Below are positions 25,933-38,122 of a stretch of DNA of 64,000 bases, piece by piece. The position numbers were made by a program, and so were the translations under genes. Numbering within the stretch: the first letter of the stretch is position 1; each line of letters opens with the position of its first letter. The notes below the pieces were generated by a model, which saw only the letters and a list, made by a program, of their open reading frames with translations, was not told where the DNA came from and made no database searches. This DNA comes from Eledone cirrhosa (lineage: Eukaryota), in contig OZ024741.1 in assembly GCA_964016885.1 (NCBI GenBank), forward strand, positions 384,152,001 through 384,216,000. Reading direction: 5' to 3'.

Positions 25933-28083
25933 AATATACATATGACCACCTGATAACCAATTACCTATTTCCCATTGAGCAGAAAGGGTGTAAACGAGGC
26001 TCATATGGCTGTAAGGATCAGCTTTTGGTTAACAAAATGATACTGGAAGTTTGTCATAATAAACACAAAAACCTATCAAATGCTTGGATAGATTATAAAA
26101 AAGTATTTGATAGTTTGCCACACATTAGGATTGAAAATGGTTTAGAGATTTTCAAAATATCTCCCGTTGTCAGGAGGTTTTTGTCATTCAGTATGAAGAC
26201 ATGGAAAACGACACTCCTTTTGATTAGTGAAACAAAATCACTGGAAGCTGGAGAAGTTAATATTAATTGTGGAATTTTTCAGGGTGACTCTTTATCACCG
26301 CTTTTATTCTGCATCGCACTTATACCATTAAGTAAAATGCTCAATGAAACAAAACATGGATATAAAGTCTATGACAAAACCATTAATCACTTGTTCTACA
26401 TGGATGACCCAAAACTATTTGCAAAAAATGATGAACAATTGCAAGGGCTATTATCCACTGTGGAGCAGTTCAGTGATGACATTAAAATGGAGTTTGGACT
26501 AGATAAATGCGCCAAAGCAACGTTCACCAGAGGAAAGCTGCTGAAGAGTTCAGACATTAATCTTGATCGGGGGAACGTGATAAGAGAACTTGATCAAGAA
26601 AAAACTTACAAATATCTAGGTGTTTGTGAAGGAGACGGAATCAAGCACTCGACAATGAGGGAAAGGATAAGGAAGGAATGTTACCGCAGAGTAAGAGCAA
26701 TCTTAAGAACGGAATTGAATGCAAGGAATAGGATCGATGCCATAAACACGCTTGCCATACCAGTAGTAACCTACAGTTACAATGTCATCAACTGGTCAAG
26801 CACAGAAATCCGTAGGCTCGATACAAAAATTCGAAAATTCTTAACCATGCACAGAATGCATCACCCTAAGGCAGATACAGATAGAATATATCTCCCTAGG
26901 AAAGAAGGAGGACGTGGGTTAATTCAGTTAGACATTGCGTTGAAAACTGCAACAATTGGATTATCTACATATCTAAGGGAATCACATGATTGGATGATCA
27001 AACTCGTTTTGAAACACGAAAGCATCAAAAGATCATACTCCATTACAAAAGATGCACAAAGATACAGTAATGGACTACAAATTTCAGAAGTCCCATTTAC
27101 TGTTGAAATGGAAAACACAGAAAAAGCAAAGCAGGTAAAAGTAACTGCAAAGAAAGAACTGCTACAGAAACTGGCTAAGAAATCGCAAGAAAAGCCTCTG
27201 TATGGAAAATACCCAGAACGAGCTAACAATCCTGATGTTGACAAAACTTTAACCCATCAGTGGTTGGCCTCCTCTGGACTGAAATCGGAGACTGAAGGAT
27301 TGATTATATCAGCACAAGATAAGTGTCTGCCTACAAAAAATTACCAAGCCAACATAATAAAAAATGGATGCAACCCATTATGCCGTGTATGTAAAAAACA
27401 ACCAGAGACCATTGACCATATAATTTCAATGTGCAGTCCTATAGCTCCAACCGAATACCTAAACAGGCATGACAGAGCTGCACAATACATACATTGGATA
27501 ATGTATAAGCATTTTGACCTGCCCCATCAAAAGAATTGGTGGGAGCATCAACCACCTCCCATACTTGAAAAAGATCACATCTCAATCTTGTGGAACTTTA
27601 GCATCCAAACAGACCGAAACATAGATGCAAATAGACCTGATATAATACTGAAGGACTTTAAAAAGAGGGTATGCCTGCTAATTGATATGTCCGTTCCAAT
27701 AGACAAGAATGTATCTATAAAAACATTGAGCAAGTATAAGGACCTGGAGATAGAAATTGGAAAAATGTGGAAATTGAGAACTAAAACAATACCAGTGGTT
27801 GTAGGCGCTCTGGGAATGATACCTAAGGGGTCTAATAATTACTTATCGCAAATCCCAGGAAACCCGCGTATAGGAGAAATACAAAAGATAGTACTAATGG
27901 TATCTGCCCATATACTAAAGAAGATTCTGTCAATATAAGTACATCACAAGTCAAAACACCTAATGATGCATGTGTGAGTATGTATGTTCTTTCTTGAACA
28001 TGGCGGACCTTGTTGTCTCTTGAGGTCACCGGTTGTGACTTGGTGATAACTCGTATGAACATAAAGCAAGATAAATGCAGCTG
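25933..28083 (+). mobile_element. 5'-truncated R4/Dong-clade LINE in (TAA)n
   Basis: RT plus CCHC plus restriction-like endonuclease. (TAA)n lies at 25913-25932 and 28084-28101. Confidence 0.9.
26025..27938 (+). CDS. R4/Dong RT-CCHC-RLE protein, C-terminal 637 aa (5'-truncated)
   Basis: GIFQGDSLSPLLF, FYMDD, YKYLG, PRKEGGRGL, CRVC..ETIDHIISMC, RHD, RPDI...ID, KYKDL. Upstream in-frame sequence reads EQKGCKRGSYGCKDQL. Confidence 0.85.
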   Translation: MVNKMILEVCHNKHKNLSNAWIDYKKVFDSLPHIRIENGLEIFKISPVVRRFLSFSMKTWKTTLLLISETKSLEAGEVNINCGIFQGDSLSPLLFCIALIPLSKMLNETKHGYKVYDKTINHLFYMDDPKLFAKNDEQLQGLLSTVEQFSDDIKMEFGLDKCAKATFTRGKLLKSSDINLDRGNVIRELDQEKTYKYLGVCEGDGIKHSTMRERIRKECYRRVRAILRTELNARNRIDAINTLAIPVVTYSYNVINWSSTEIRRLDTKIRKFLTMHRMHHPKADTDRIYLPRKEGGRGLIQLDIALKTATIGLSTYLRESHDWMIKLVLKHESIKRSYSITKDAQRYSNGLQISEVPFTVEMENTEKAKQVKVTAKKELLQKLAKKSQEKPLYGKYPERANNPDVDKTLTHQWLASSGLKSETEGLIISAQDKCLPTKNYQANIIKNGCNPLCRVCKKQPETIDHIISMCSPIAPTEYLNRHDRAAQYIHWIMYKHFDLPHQKNWWEHQPPPILEKDHISILWNFSIQTDRNIDANRPDIILKDFKKRVCLLIDMSVPIDKNVSIKTLSKYKDLEIEIGKMWKLRTKTIPVVVGALGMIPKGSNNYLSQIPGNPRIGEIQKIVLMVSAHILKKILSI

Positions 28084-28101
28084 TAATAATAATAATAATA
28101 A

Positions 28102-28540
28102 TGCTTTCTTTATTAACCACAGGGTTTAAACAAAGTAGATATTAAGGACAGTACAGGACAATACAGGACGGTACAAATGGGCATTTCTGCGTGTAAAAAA
28201 AACAAAAACAGAGGATATAACAAAAAAACAAAACAATGAAAAATTCCTCAATAGGGGGGAGACTTCCGAGGGACATTCGTGGAGAAAGCCCATTAAAAAA
28301 GCCACGTTGACCCTGACCACCAGGGCAAGTGCCCTCTCCCAGTTTTCCACCTTCAATTTGCAGGCGCATACTCAGAGTACTTCCCTCTCTACCCTGATTT
28401 TCCTTTTCAAATGAAAGTTAATCAGGACATCACCGAAGAGGTAAGTGCTCGTCTTCAGCCCTTTAAAACGCGTCCACTTCGCTATGGCCACCAGTCAGAT
28501 AAAAACTGCCTGCCCTTCCCGGCTAAAGGATGAGGGCGGG
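28102..28540 (-). mobile_element. 3'-end fragment of the (AAT)n-targeting L1/Tx1 family
   Basis: Close to 20338-20560, and it includes the C-terminal part deleted there. Confidence 0.85.
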
Positions 28541-28714
28541 GAAATAATAATAACAAGCGATTCGTTTGTAAGCAAACCGCCTCATTACGCTATTTTTTAT
28601 AGATGGCCATCGCTATCCATTTCTTCTAGCGGTGACAGAGAAACAATTGAAAATAATATAGTTTCTAGGTTATTGCCATTTGTCAAGATTGTGTGTCCCT
28701 CTCTTGTCGCTCAC

Positions 28715-29397
28715 TAAAATGTTTAAATGTTCATAGACTAGGATCGTCCTGGAAGCAGGGTCACCTGGTCAACGACCTCAGATCGCTAGACATGGATGTG
28801 ATTGCTGTCAGCGAGACCAGGATTTCCGACACACGCGCACTAGCCCCCATTTTCAAGGACTATCAGTTATTCGCATCTCTTAGTCGGCCGGGAATGGGGA
28901 GTGGGGTTACAGTGCTGTTTAAGAAAGGCCTGGATCTCGCGGTCCTCCGGAACCCGGGCGGTAATTTGGTGGTCCTGGACGTGAACAATAGTAAAGGTGG
29001 TGTCTTTTGACTGGTGGCCGTCTACGCCCGTACCGGGGCCGGACGGCCGGACCTTTTTAGGCGCCTGGAAGCCTTTCTGGAAACGTCTCTCCCGTTACTG
29101 TTACGGGGGATTGGAATTGCATCTGAAACACATGGTGGGTGTAAAAGTCTCAAGTACGTGATCAACCAGTTCCAACTCTCTGACAGGTACCGACTAGATT
29201 TCTCTAATGCACTAGTGTGGACCTAGACCAACCGCAGGTCATCTCGATCGTATATAAATAGAATTCTCATTAGGAGAATAGATATGAATAGTGTAGGCTG
29301 TCCCCTTTTTCAAGTGGTTGCCTATTCAGATCACAAGTTTGCGACCTGTATGGTCGACCTAGATGAGATGCATATGTTAGGACTTGGTTACTGGAAG

Positions 29398-29400
<3 letters not shown>
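28715..29400 (+). pseudogene. L1/Tx1 APE endonuclease fragment, opposite orientation
   Basis: LNVHRLGSSWKQGHLVNDLRSLDMDVIAVSETR...AVYA...YSDHK...GYWKL. Confidence 0.85.
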
Positions 29401-29451
<51 letters not shown>

Positions 29452-29457
<6 letters not shown>

Positions 29458-30168
29458 TGAGAAGATGGAGTGCTGCGTGGTTGCACATGGGTTACATATG
29501 AAAAACATTAGTCCTTCATCAGTGATTTGCCAACTATCATCGGTATTTCATCGCTTTGAAAATCATATATCCCCAGTTGGCGCGAGCAATAGCTAAATAA
29601 AGCTATTGGGACAAGTAATATCGCGTGAAGCGAGCGAGACAAGTAAACAAACAAAAATGGTATAGCAACGGCAAGATAGGAAGAAACAAGCACATGATAT
29701 CTATTCAGCTTAATCTGGGTGAATTTCGTGGGCGAGAGAGAAATATACAGACCGTATGACATGGGTGAGAGGTGAGTGAGAAAGGACCCTACACACGCCA
29801 AACGGGAGGAAGTGAGAGGGGGAGAAGCAGAGAGTGAGTGAGTGGAAGTGCGAGGAAGAGGCCAGTCGAGAGAAAGTGTGACTGACAGAGGGGGCGAAAG
29901 AAGGTGAGAGATACAGAGAGAGGGGGAAGTAGTAAGAGAGAAACAGACAAACGCAGCTGGGGAAAAATATATATAAAAATATGAGAATTGAGTGCTGCAT
30001 GGTTGCACATGGGTTACATATGAAAAAGATTAGTCCTTCATCAGTGATTTGCCAACTATCATCGGTATTTCATCGCTTTGAAAATCATATACCTCCAGTT
30101 GGGGCGAGCAATAGCTAAATAAAGCTATTGGGACAAGTAATATCGCGTGAAGCGAGCGAGACAAGTAA
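29452..30168. repeat. Element with ~195-bp terminal direct repeats (about 29452-29648 and 29977-30168) between (TA)n tracts
   Basis: gagtgctgc.tggttgcacatgggttacatatg...gcgagcgagacaagtaaa occurs twice. Confidence 0.85.
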
Positions 30169-30183
30169 ATATATATATATATA

Positions 30184-30366
30184 TAACGAAGGAGTTGTGG
30201 TAAGGAACCAGATGGACCTAAGCACGAGAGTACTCAATACTTAGGGTAGTAGAGTGAGTAATAGGAAAAAGTATAACCCCGACGTCAGAGCTCAAGCCGT
30301 TTCAACGTCCAGAAATAGCCGTCGAAACGGCTTGAGCTCTGCCGTCTGAGCCATACTTTTTTCCTA
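30184..30366 (-). mobile_element. Solo fold-back pLTR, family of 2221-2418
   Basis: Same long arm plus inverted HHR half, in (TA)n. Confidence 0.8.
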
Positions 30367-30387
30367 TATATACATATATGTATATAC

Positions 30388-30420
<33 letters not shown>

Positions 30421-30647
30421 TGTTCTTCTGGTTTTATAATTTCACAAAGTTTTACCAATAGAGAGAGAGTCGGTTTCTAACATAGACACAAGACTCTCTC
30501 ATTGGAATTTACACATCAACTAGGTAGATATGTATGTATGCATGCATGTGTAGATATGGATGTTATTGTATGTGTGGATATGTATGTTTTGAGTTGTATG
30601 TGTGCATGTGTATATGCTTTGTATCTGTACATGTGTATATGCAGTTA

Positions 30648-32920
30648 TTAGATGCAAAATGTTTGGAATGTTTTACATATTTTTACTGTTCCATTAATGG
30701 ATTGTACTTGTAGTTTCCTAACTAGTCGTGTTCTTTCTGTTCCTGTGAAGCCTAGCTTCTCAAGATTTGTATTGAGGCAGTTACTAACATATCCCAGTGC
30801 CCCAATAATCACAGGCATAAATCTGAAGGTATAATCAGGGTGGAGTATCTGCAGATTTCTCATCAGTTCTGCATAAATATTCTCCTTTTCACTAATCTTT
30901 GATATTATATTGGCATCTGCTGGGCAGCTAATGTCCACTACTGTGCATGTTTTCTTCTCCCTGTCCCATATCATAATATCTGGTCTGTTATGCCTGCATT
31001 TTATTGGGGTTTTTACTGAAACATTCCACCAATACTCTTTCATATTATGTACATGGATGTCTTCCACATTGTGTTTATAATGTTTATTATCGGGGCTATC
31101 TTTTTTACGAACTGCATTGTACAGTGTTTTGGCCACTACATCATGCCTCATAGGTAGATAGTACCGCGATGACATCTTTGGGCAGCTGCTGATGACATGG
31201 TGATATCCTCGATGTTAGTTCTCCAGAGTCTGCACTTGTTATCACATCTAGGTGGTTTGCCTGCATCCCTATCTCTTTTGTGAATCAGGTATTTCGTACT
31301 AATCTCCTGTTCTTGGATTGCAAAAGCGTATCCTTCAAAGAGGAATCCAATATAGCGGTTCTTGGTCCAAGATAGATTACTTTCCTTATCTATATTACTC
31401 TCACTCTGGAGCTTCCTGGCAACATATCCATGCATGATTTTTTGCTGATAGGCATGCTGTTTTTCATCCATGGATTCACTGCGATACTGCTGAGCGACAT
31501 CGCTGGGTGTGAGTTTTTGATTATCACACAGGGAATATCTCTCAAGGAGTTCCTTCCCAACTCTCATGATCTTATCTGTTTCATGCAGATAGACTTGCTC
31601 GAGAAGCGGGCTCCTACGCTTCGAGATTCGTAGATGTTGTCGAAGAGATATGATGCGACATTCAAATGTTGTCTGGACTGATGTTAGGCCTCTGCCTCCC
31701 TGCTTACGTTTCAAGTAAAGGCGGTCTATGTCACTGTTGATGTGGAAGTCTCCGGTGTTGTTCAGTATTTTTCGAGTTCCAACATCAACTGCTCGGATTT
31801 CATCTATTGTCCAATTGAGTATTCCAAACGTTGGTGTTAGGACAGGCACAGCAAACACATTGTGAGCCACTGTTTTGATTTGCGCAGAGAGTTCCGATGA
31901 CCAGATCTTTCTTAATCGGGTGGAGTATTCACTGGTTACGCGTTCTTTATTACAGATACCATTATAGGATATGTTCTCTCTATCCCCAGGTATCTGTAGC
32001 AGTCCTCATCAGATATCGGTGAAACAGTTAGACCATTGATGATAATGTTGCTAGATTGGGTTGTTGTTTTTCCCCGCTTTACAGTCATGTATGAGCATTT
32101 ATCTTGGCCAAACTCCATTCCTATATCCTTTGAGAACGTTGTAACCAGGTCAAGATTTTTCTTCATCCCATCCATGTTCTTGGCATAGAGTTTCAGATCG
32201 TCCACAAAGAAGTTATGGGTTAGGTTCGTATTTCTGTCCTCCTGTGAGCCAATGATGTATCCCTCACATTTCTTGAGCAGAAAGGACAAGGGGTTTAATG
32301 ACAAGATGAACAATATCACAGAGAGACTGTCCCGCTGAAATATACCCCTGCAATATTTTATTTTATCAGTGATAATAGAGTCCTCCCTCTCTGTCTTAAA
32401 CCTTAGGATAGTAGCCCAAGAAGAAGACAGCCTCTTTATGGCTCTCACAATAATGTCTGGGACTTTTGCAAGTTGGAGGGCCTCTATCATCCAAGAGTGG
32501 GGAACAGAATCGAAAGCTTTCTCAGACTGTAGTCATATTCCTTCTAAGTTGTCGCACCTCTGACATCGTAGTTTTGTTGATTAGGAGTTGTTCAGCACAT
32601 CCCCAAACCCTTTTCTGTCCAGCTGCTTGTTCATCTGTGATGATGTTATTATTTTCACAGTGATCTTGGAGGAATAGGTTCAGGCAATCTGTATACATCT
32701 TATACATCAGGTTCTGGCATGCAATGGGTCGGTAGTTTTTTGTCAAGTGGGTGTCTTTGTTCTTCGGGACCAGTAACGTTTGTGCTAATGTCAACCATTC
32801 TGGTATAAGTGTATCTCCCTTAAGAACTTGTTGGTAGAGGTCAGTAAGATAACTCCGATAGAATATTAGTTTTTTGTACCAGTAGCCGACAATTATCTCT
32901 CTTCCTGGTGTTTTCTTATC
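30648..32920 (-). pseudogene. R4/Dong-clade LINE, 5'-truncated and frameshifted, in (CATA)n
   Basis: NYRPIAC, EQAAG, GIFQRDSLS, FFVDDLKLY, YRYLGI, GGRGL, RHD, RPDI, VVDISCP, VIIGALG. (TATG)n lies at both flanks. Confidence 0.88.
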
Positions 32921-32983
32921 TTGTATGTATGTATGTATGTATGTATGTATGTATGTATGTATGTATGTATGTATGTATGTATG

Positions 32984-33014
<31 letters not shown>

Positions 33015-33019
33015 GTATG

Positions 33020-33099
<80 letters not shown>

Positions 33100-33246
33100 A
33101 AAGAATAGAGGTGTAACACACAAGTTATTATATATTGGTAAACGGAATAGAAAATGCTGACAAATTGTTCACAGTGAAAAATAGTTTAATTAGGAATAAA
33201 TGAGAATTAGTAATTGTATTGGTTAGTATTCAATTTTGGTTTTAAG

Positions 33247-33283
33247 TTTTACCGGTTGCGCATTTCTAAATGCTTTTCAAAAA
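33247..33283 (-). ncRNA. Hammerhead-like variant in the left inverted pLTR
   Basis: Reverse complement of 36733-36769, identical in sequence. Confidence 0.55.
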
Positions 33284-33550
33284 TAATTTTGAGATAGAGC
33301 GTCCGTGATGTTTGCTCTGATCTGATTAGTTTTGGGAATTCTACCTGTTTTTATGTTAAAAAAGTGGCTCCAGCGCTATTAAAATTGGTTTTTGCGCCAA
33401 TTCGTGTTGCAAAAATACTTGTGGTCAAAACAATTTTGATTGGTCGGTAGAGGTCATGTGAATGTAAAAAATTGATTTTGCGCCAAGACTGAGAAATGAC
33501 TCTTTCACAACAAATTCACACCGACCCCACTACGTCCTAACTACTATGAA

Positions 33551-35687
33551 ATGAAGGAAGACATCACAGACTTCTGTAGAAAGTTACGACTCAGTGAACA
33601 ACTATTCGACCAGTACAATGAGGATGAATCATTAGCTAGAAATAGAAGCAATTACACCCCATCAAAAGGTAGAAATAAAATCCTGGACGAATTCTGTGAA
33701 CACATCACAAACTTCCTTTACCAACACTTGCACAGACAAAAACACAAGCCAAACCTCAACAAGAAAGAATGGGAAGAATTAAATAGATTAAAAACCGACA
33801 GAACCATTACAAGAGGCTGATAAAGGAAGTACAGTAGTCCTAATGGAATTCTATATCAACTTAGCGCTCTCCACTTTGGAAAACGAAACATACTACGAAA
33901 AGGCTGAACACTACAATCAACAGAAAATTATGAGAAACCTAAAAACTCTAATCAACCAATACAAAGACGGACTCACTAACAAGGAATTCAGCTTCATCAC
34001 AGACTTCACAAGTAAATCCAGCCTTTTCTACGGTATCCCTAAAGTACATAAAAGCGAATTAATAAGTAAGGCATGCAAGGAAGCCACAGACATAGTCATC
34101 AATGTCTCCTCACCCAATGATCTCAAATTAAGACCTATAATAGCAGGCCCCGCTTGCGAAACCCACAGCCTTAGCAACTTCATTGATACCTTTCTCAAGC
34201 CCTTTCTCAAACACATCAAAAGCTATATAAGGGACGACCTAGATATGCTCAATCACCTCCCTAATATGCCACTTTCTGAACAAATCCTACTAGTGACGTT
34301 CGATGTAGTCAACCTATACTCCAACATCCCCCTCAACCTAGGAATAGAAGCTATCCAATTCTGGCTGGATAATTACCACAATGAACTCCCACAACGCATC
34401 AAAAAAGAATTCGTGATAGAGTGACTCAAATTTATCTTGGAGAACAATTACTTCGTTTTCAATAACAAACCCTACAGGCAGAAATATGGGACCGCTATGG
34501 GAACGAAAACAACCCCCACTTATGCCAACCTAGTCATGGGATACCTGGAAATCATACTCTACACTAAATTCCTAAACACATTTGGAAACACTCTCCACTT
34601 ACACATAGAAAGGAACTGGAAGCGATATCTAGATGACTGCTTCATCCTTTGGCACGAAAACATCGAAAAACTTAAAGAATTTCACACCCTTATAAATGGG
34701 CTCAACACGAATATTAACTTCACGATGGAATACAGCCATCAACAACTCCCCTTCCTCGACATCCTCATTAAGATCCATAACAAAAAAATAGAAACAGACA
34801 TATACTACAAGCCCACAGACTCCAAGCAATATCTTCCTTTCAACTCTTGCCACGCTAGACACGTTAAAATTAATATTCCCTATAACTTAGCCAAGAGAAT
34901 CTGTACTATAGTCTCCAATAAAAACACCTGCTACCTACGGCTACAAGAACTAAAGGACACACTCATAGGCAGGGACTACCCTGCATCACTAATTGACAAT
35001 GGAATCCAACGTGCCCTAAAACTCAGTACCCAGGACCTTAGACACCCTAAAGTAAATCAACCGAAACTAAAAGCTCTTCCATACATCTCCACACACAACC
35101 CCCTCAACAATGAGGCCTTTGACACCATCCTCCAGAACATCCCTGTGTTGAAAAAGGACCATAGAATGAACCAAATCCTACGAACACACGATATCATAAA
35201 GTGCAAAAGACAATCTAAGTCAATGAAAAACATCCTAACACATGCCAAAGTACTGCCAACCACAACAACGAAACCCACAGTAAAAAAATGCGATAGACCC
35301 AACTGTGGCATTTGCATCAACCTAATAGAGGGTTCGGAATTCTATTTCAAAGAAGGACAACGTTTTATAGTAAAACACAATTTCACATGTGCATCGGAAA
35401 ATCTAATATATGTATTAACTTGCTCAGGTTGTCGAGAACAATACATAGGCCAGACCAAAATCAGCCTGCGCCAACGCATGACTGTCCATAGATCCCAAAT
35501 TAAAATACGGGAATACAGGAAAATACCTCTGAGTGAACACATTGATACCTGTGCCGCCCAACAGCATCCCAACTTCAGAATCTTTCCCCTCTACAAATTT
35601 AAAGATAATGCCACCCACACCCAGCGCATCAGCAAGGAATCTTACTTTATTAACAAATACGGACCCCGTCTAAACACTTCTCCCTAA
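33551..35687 (+). pseudogene. PLE RT plus GIY-YIG ORF with one frameshift (~33810) and one in-frame TGA (34422-34424)
   Basis: ADKGS, FYGIPKVHKS, RPIIAGP, FDVVNLY, GTAMGT, RYLDD, LPFLD, CDRPNCGIC, NLIYVLTCSGC..YIGQT, RMTVH, KE..FI...P.LN. Confidence 0.92.
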
Positions 35688-35983
35688 GACGAACCCACAA
35701 CATACACACGTCAACATACATACCTACATCAGCACACATCTCTACCCACATATAAACACAATGACATACGTAAACACACATGTTCTATGGTGCAACACAA
35801 AAAAAAAAATATATATATATATATAGTGAATATATGTATATATATATATAGTGAATATCATTTCACACCTTTTATTGTTAAGGTTTTTGATGTTCTATTG
35901 AGAGAATCGATTTTACTGAAAATATCGAATAATGTACACCATTTTACCAGGGAAAAAAATACTGGTCTACCCACACACACACA

Positions 35984-36029
<46 letters not shown>

Positions 36030-36084
36030 TACACACGCGTACATTAACATACAAAGAGACTTATACACACACACACACACACAC

Positions 36085-36380
36085 ACTTCTCCGTATAAGA
36101 CAAGAGCTGAAAAATATCTTTTAACATGTTAAAATATCCCCCACTCACTTACAGACACATTCCTACTGACCATCCCTCTACCACGAATTACTCTGCTACA
36201 CACACACACACACACACACACATACACACACACACACAAACACACACACACTTCTCCGTATAAGACAAGAGCTGAAAAATATTTTTTGACATGTTAAAAT
36301 ATCCCCCACTCACTTACAGACACATTCCTACTGACCATCCCTCTACCACGAATTACTCTGCTACACACACACACACACAC
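36085..36380. repeat. Tandem duplication (period about 165 bp) in the PLE 3' UTR
   Basis: acttctccgtataagacaagagctg...ttactctgctacac occurs twice, bounded by (CA)n. Confidence 0.85.
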
Positions 36381-36732
36381 TTGTCTTAATAGGCATTTGA
36401 AATGTCAACAGGCTGCGGTTCGCACACACATCCCTGCTAACCATTATCACAACAACGAACACTTTACTACTACTACACACACACACACACACACACACAT
36501 ATTTGTTGTGAAAGAGTCATTTCTCAGTCTTGGCGCAAAATCAATTTTTTACATTCACATGGCCTCTACCGACCAATCAAAATTGTTTTGACCACAAGAA
36601 TTTTTGCAACACGAATTAGCGCAAAAACCAATTTTAATAGCGCTGGAGCCACTTTTTTAACATAAAAACAGGTAGAATTCCCAAAACTAATCAGATCAGA
36701 GCAAACATCACGGACGCTCTATCTCAAAATTA

Positions 36733-36769
36733 TTTTTGAAAAGCATTTAGAAATGCGCAACCGGTAAAA
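36733..36769 (+). ncRNA. Minimal hammerhead-like variant (U3-A8, A13C) in pLTR
   Basis: ttt-TTGAAAA-gcatt/taga/aatgc-GCAA-ccgg-TA-aaa. Confidence 0.55.
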
Positions 36770-37224
36770 CTTAAAACCAAAACTGAATACTAACCAATAC
36801 AATTACTAAGTCTCATTTATTCCTAATTAAACTATTTTTCACTGTGAACAATTTGTCAGCATTTTCTATTCCGTTTACCAATATATATATATATATATAT
36901 AGGGGGCGGATTAAGGAATTGCAGAAACCCAAGAAGCTAGATTTACCATCTTTCTAGTGGGTCCGGGTAAGTTTTTACATTCATATAAATTATTGATTTA
37001 TTGATATTTTATCTGAGTGACCCGAATCTTCCTGGTCGTTATTTTTCGGCTGCATGGGTGATTTTAGGCATAATCTTTGTGTGTTGATATTTTAACGATA
37101 GTTATAGCTCTGATTTATTTGAATTATTGAGCCCTCTGCCACTCATGTCGGATTTGTTTATCGTAAATTCGTGAGGTGATTTTCCGATACTCGATTATTC
37201 TATTATATATATATATATATATAT

Positions 37225-37433
37225 ATTAGAAAGTGAGGTTTTTTTTACAAATTGAAAAATAACCGAGGTGTCCTACACGAGTGAAAGTATAAAGAAAAAG
37301 AGATGAAATCGAAAATGCAACTGGAGTCTTATTTTTTTTTTTTTTTTTTTTTAATATATATATTTATTTGGTACCTTTACCGGTTTCGCAGTTCTTCTGC
37401 TTTTCAAAAGGTGAGTTGAGATGGAGGGTCTGT

Positions 37434-37440
<7 letters not shown>
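37225..37440 (-). mobile_element. HHR-bearing short element, family of 6008-6198, in (TA)n
   Basis: Homology along the full length. Confidence 0.75.
37373..37412 (-). ncRNA. Minimal type I hammerhead, U3-A8 variant, intact
   Basis: Reverse complement: acctt-TTGAAAA-gcag/aagaa/ctgc-GAAA-ccgg-TA-aaggt, with a palindromic ACCGGT stem III. Confidence 0.8.
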
Positions 37441-37518
<78 letters not shown>

Positions 37519-37521
37519 TAT

Positions 37522-38092
37522 ATATAAAATCAAGGTCTAGCAAATAGAGAAAAAGTTTTAAAATAAAAGTTAAAAAATTCGCTGTACTTATTATATGTGC
37601 CTTTACCGCGGTGTCATGCTCCAGAATAAACGGAAAATCCAAGCGGATTTCAATTGAGAAGGGAGCAATCTTCAGAAGTCTCTTCTCCCACGGAGAATAT
37701 AAAATTCCTGAGTTCAAATCACAAACTGACGCCATACAAAACCATTCCCAAATGAGAGCGGATGATGAAAGATATAATTCTGTCTGGTGCCGTGTCCAAA
37801 GACAAAAGGCAGGGTAGACAGGTCAATGTCCTGCCACTAGAAATAGCAACAGTCTAAACGGCCAAAATTTCATCTCTACCTTAGGGGGAGATCAATAATA
37901 ATAAAGTATGAATTCCTACGTGTAAAAAATACATATAGGGAAACAAGTATTATCCAACCGTATGCCAATGTGGTTCTATGGCGGGTTAATAAATTAACAA
38001 GCCAGAACATATAAAATCAAGGTCTAGCAAATAGAGAAAAAGTATTAAAATAAATTTTTAAAAATTCGCTGTACTTACTATATGTGCCTTTA
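37522..38092. repeat. Element with ~85-bp terminal direct repeats (about 37522-37604 and 38008-38092)
   Basis: ataaaatcaaggtctagcaaatagagaaaaagt...aattcgctgtactta.tatatgtgccttta occurs twice, with (TA)n flanks. Confidence 0.75.
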
Positions 38093-38122
38093 TATATATA
38101 TATATGTGTGTGTGTGTTTGTG

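Larger units (their letters stand above)
33131..36886 (+). mobile_element. Penelope-like element (Neptune/Naiad-like) with ~370-bp inverted pLTRs
   Basis: 33131-33505 is the reverse complement of about 36511-36886. The element carries an RT and GIY-YIG ORF and has TA-rich flanks. Confidence 0.93.

Noticed and set aside
34422-34424. In-frame TGA as selenocysteine (known in some Naiad PLEs)
   Set aside because: It is not at a recognisable Cys motif, and the zinc-ligand Cys codons are normal. The ORF also has a frameshift, and I saw no convincing SECIS in the 3' UTR. A GGA-to-TGA nonsense change is simpler.
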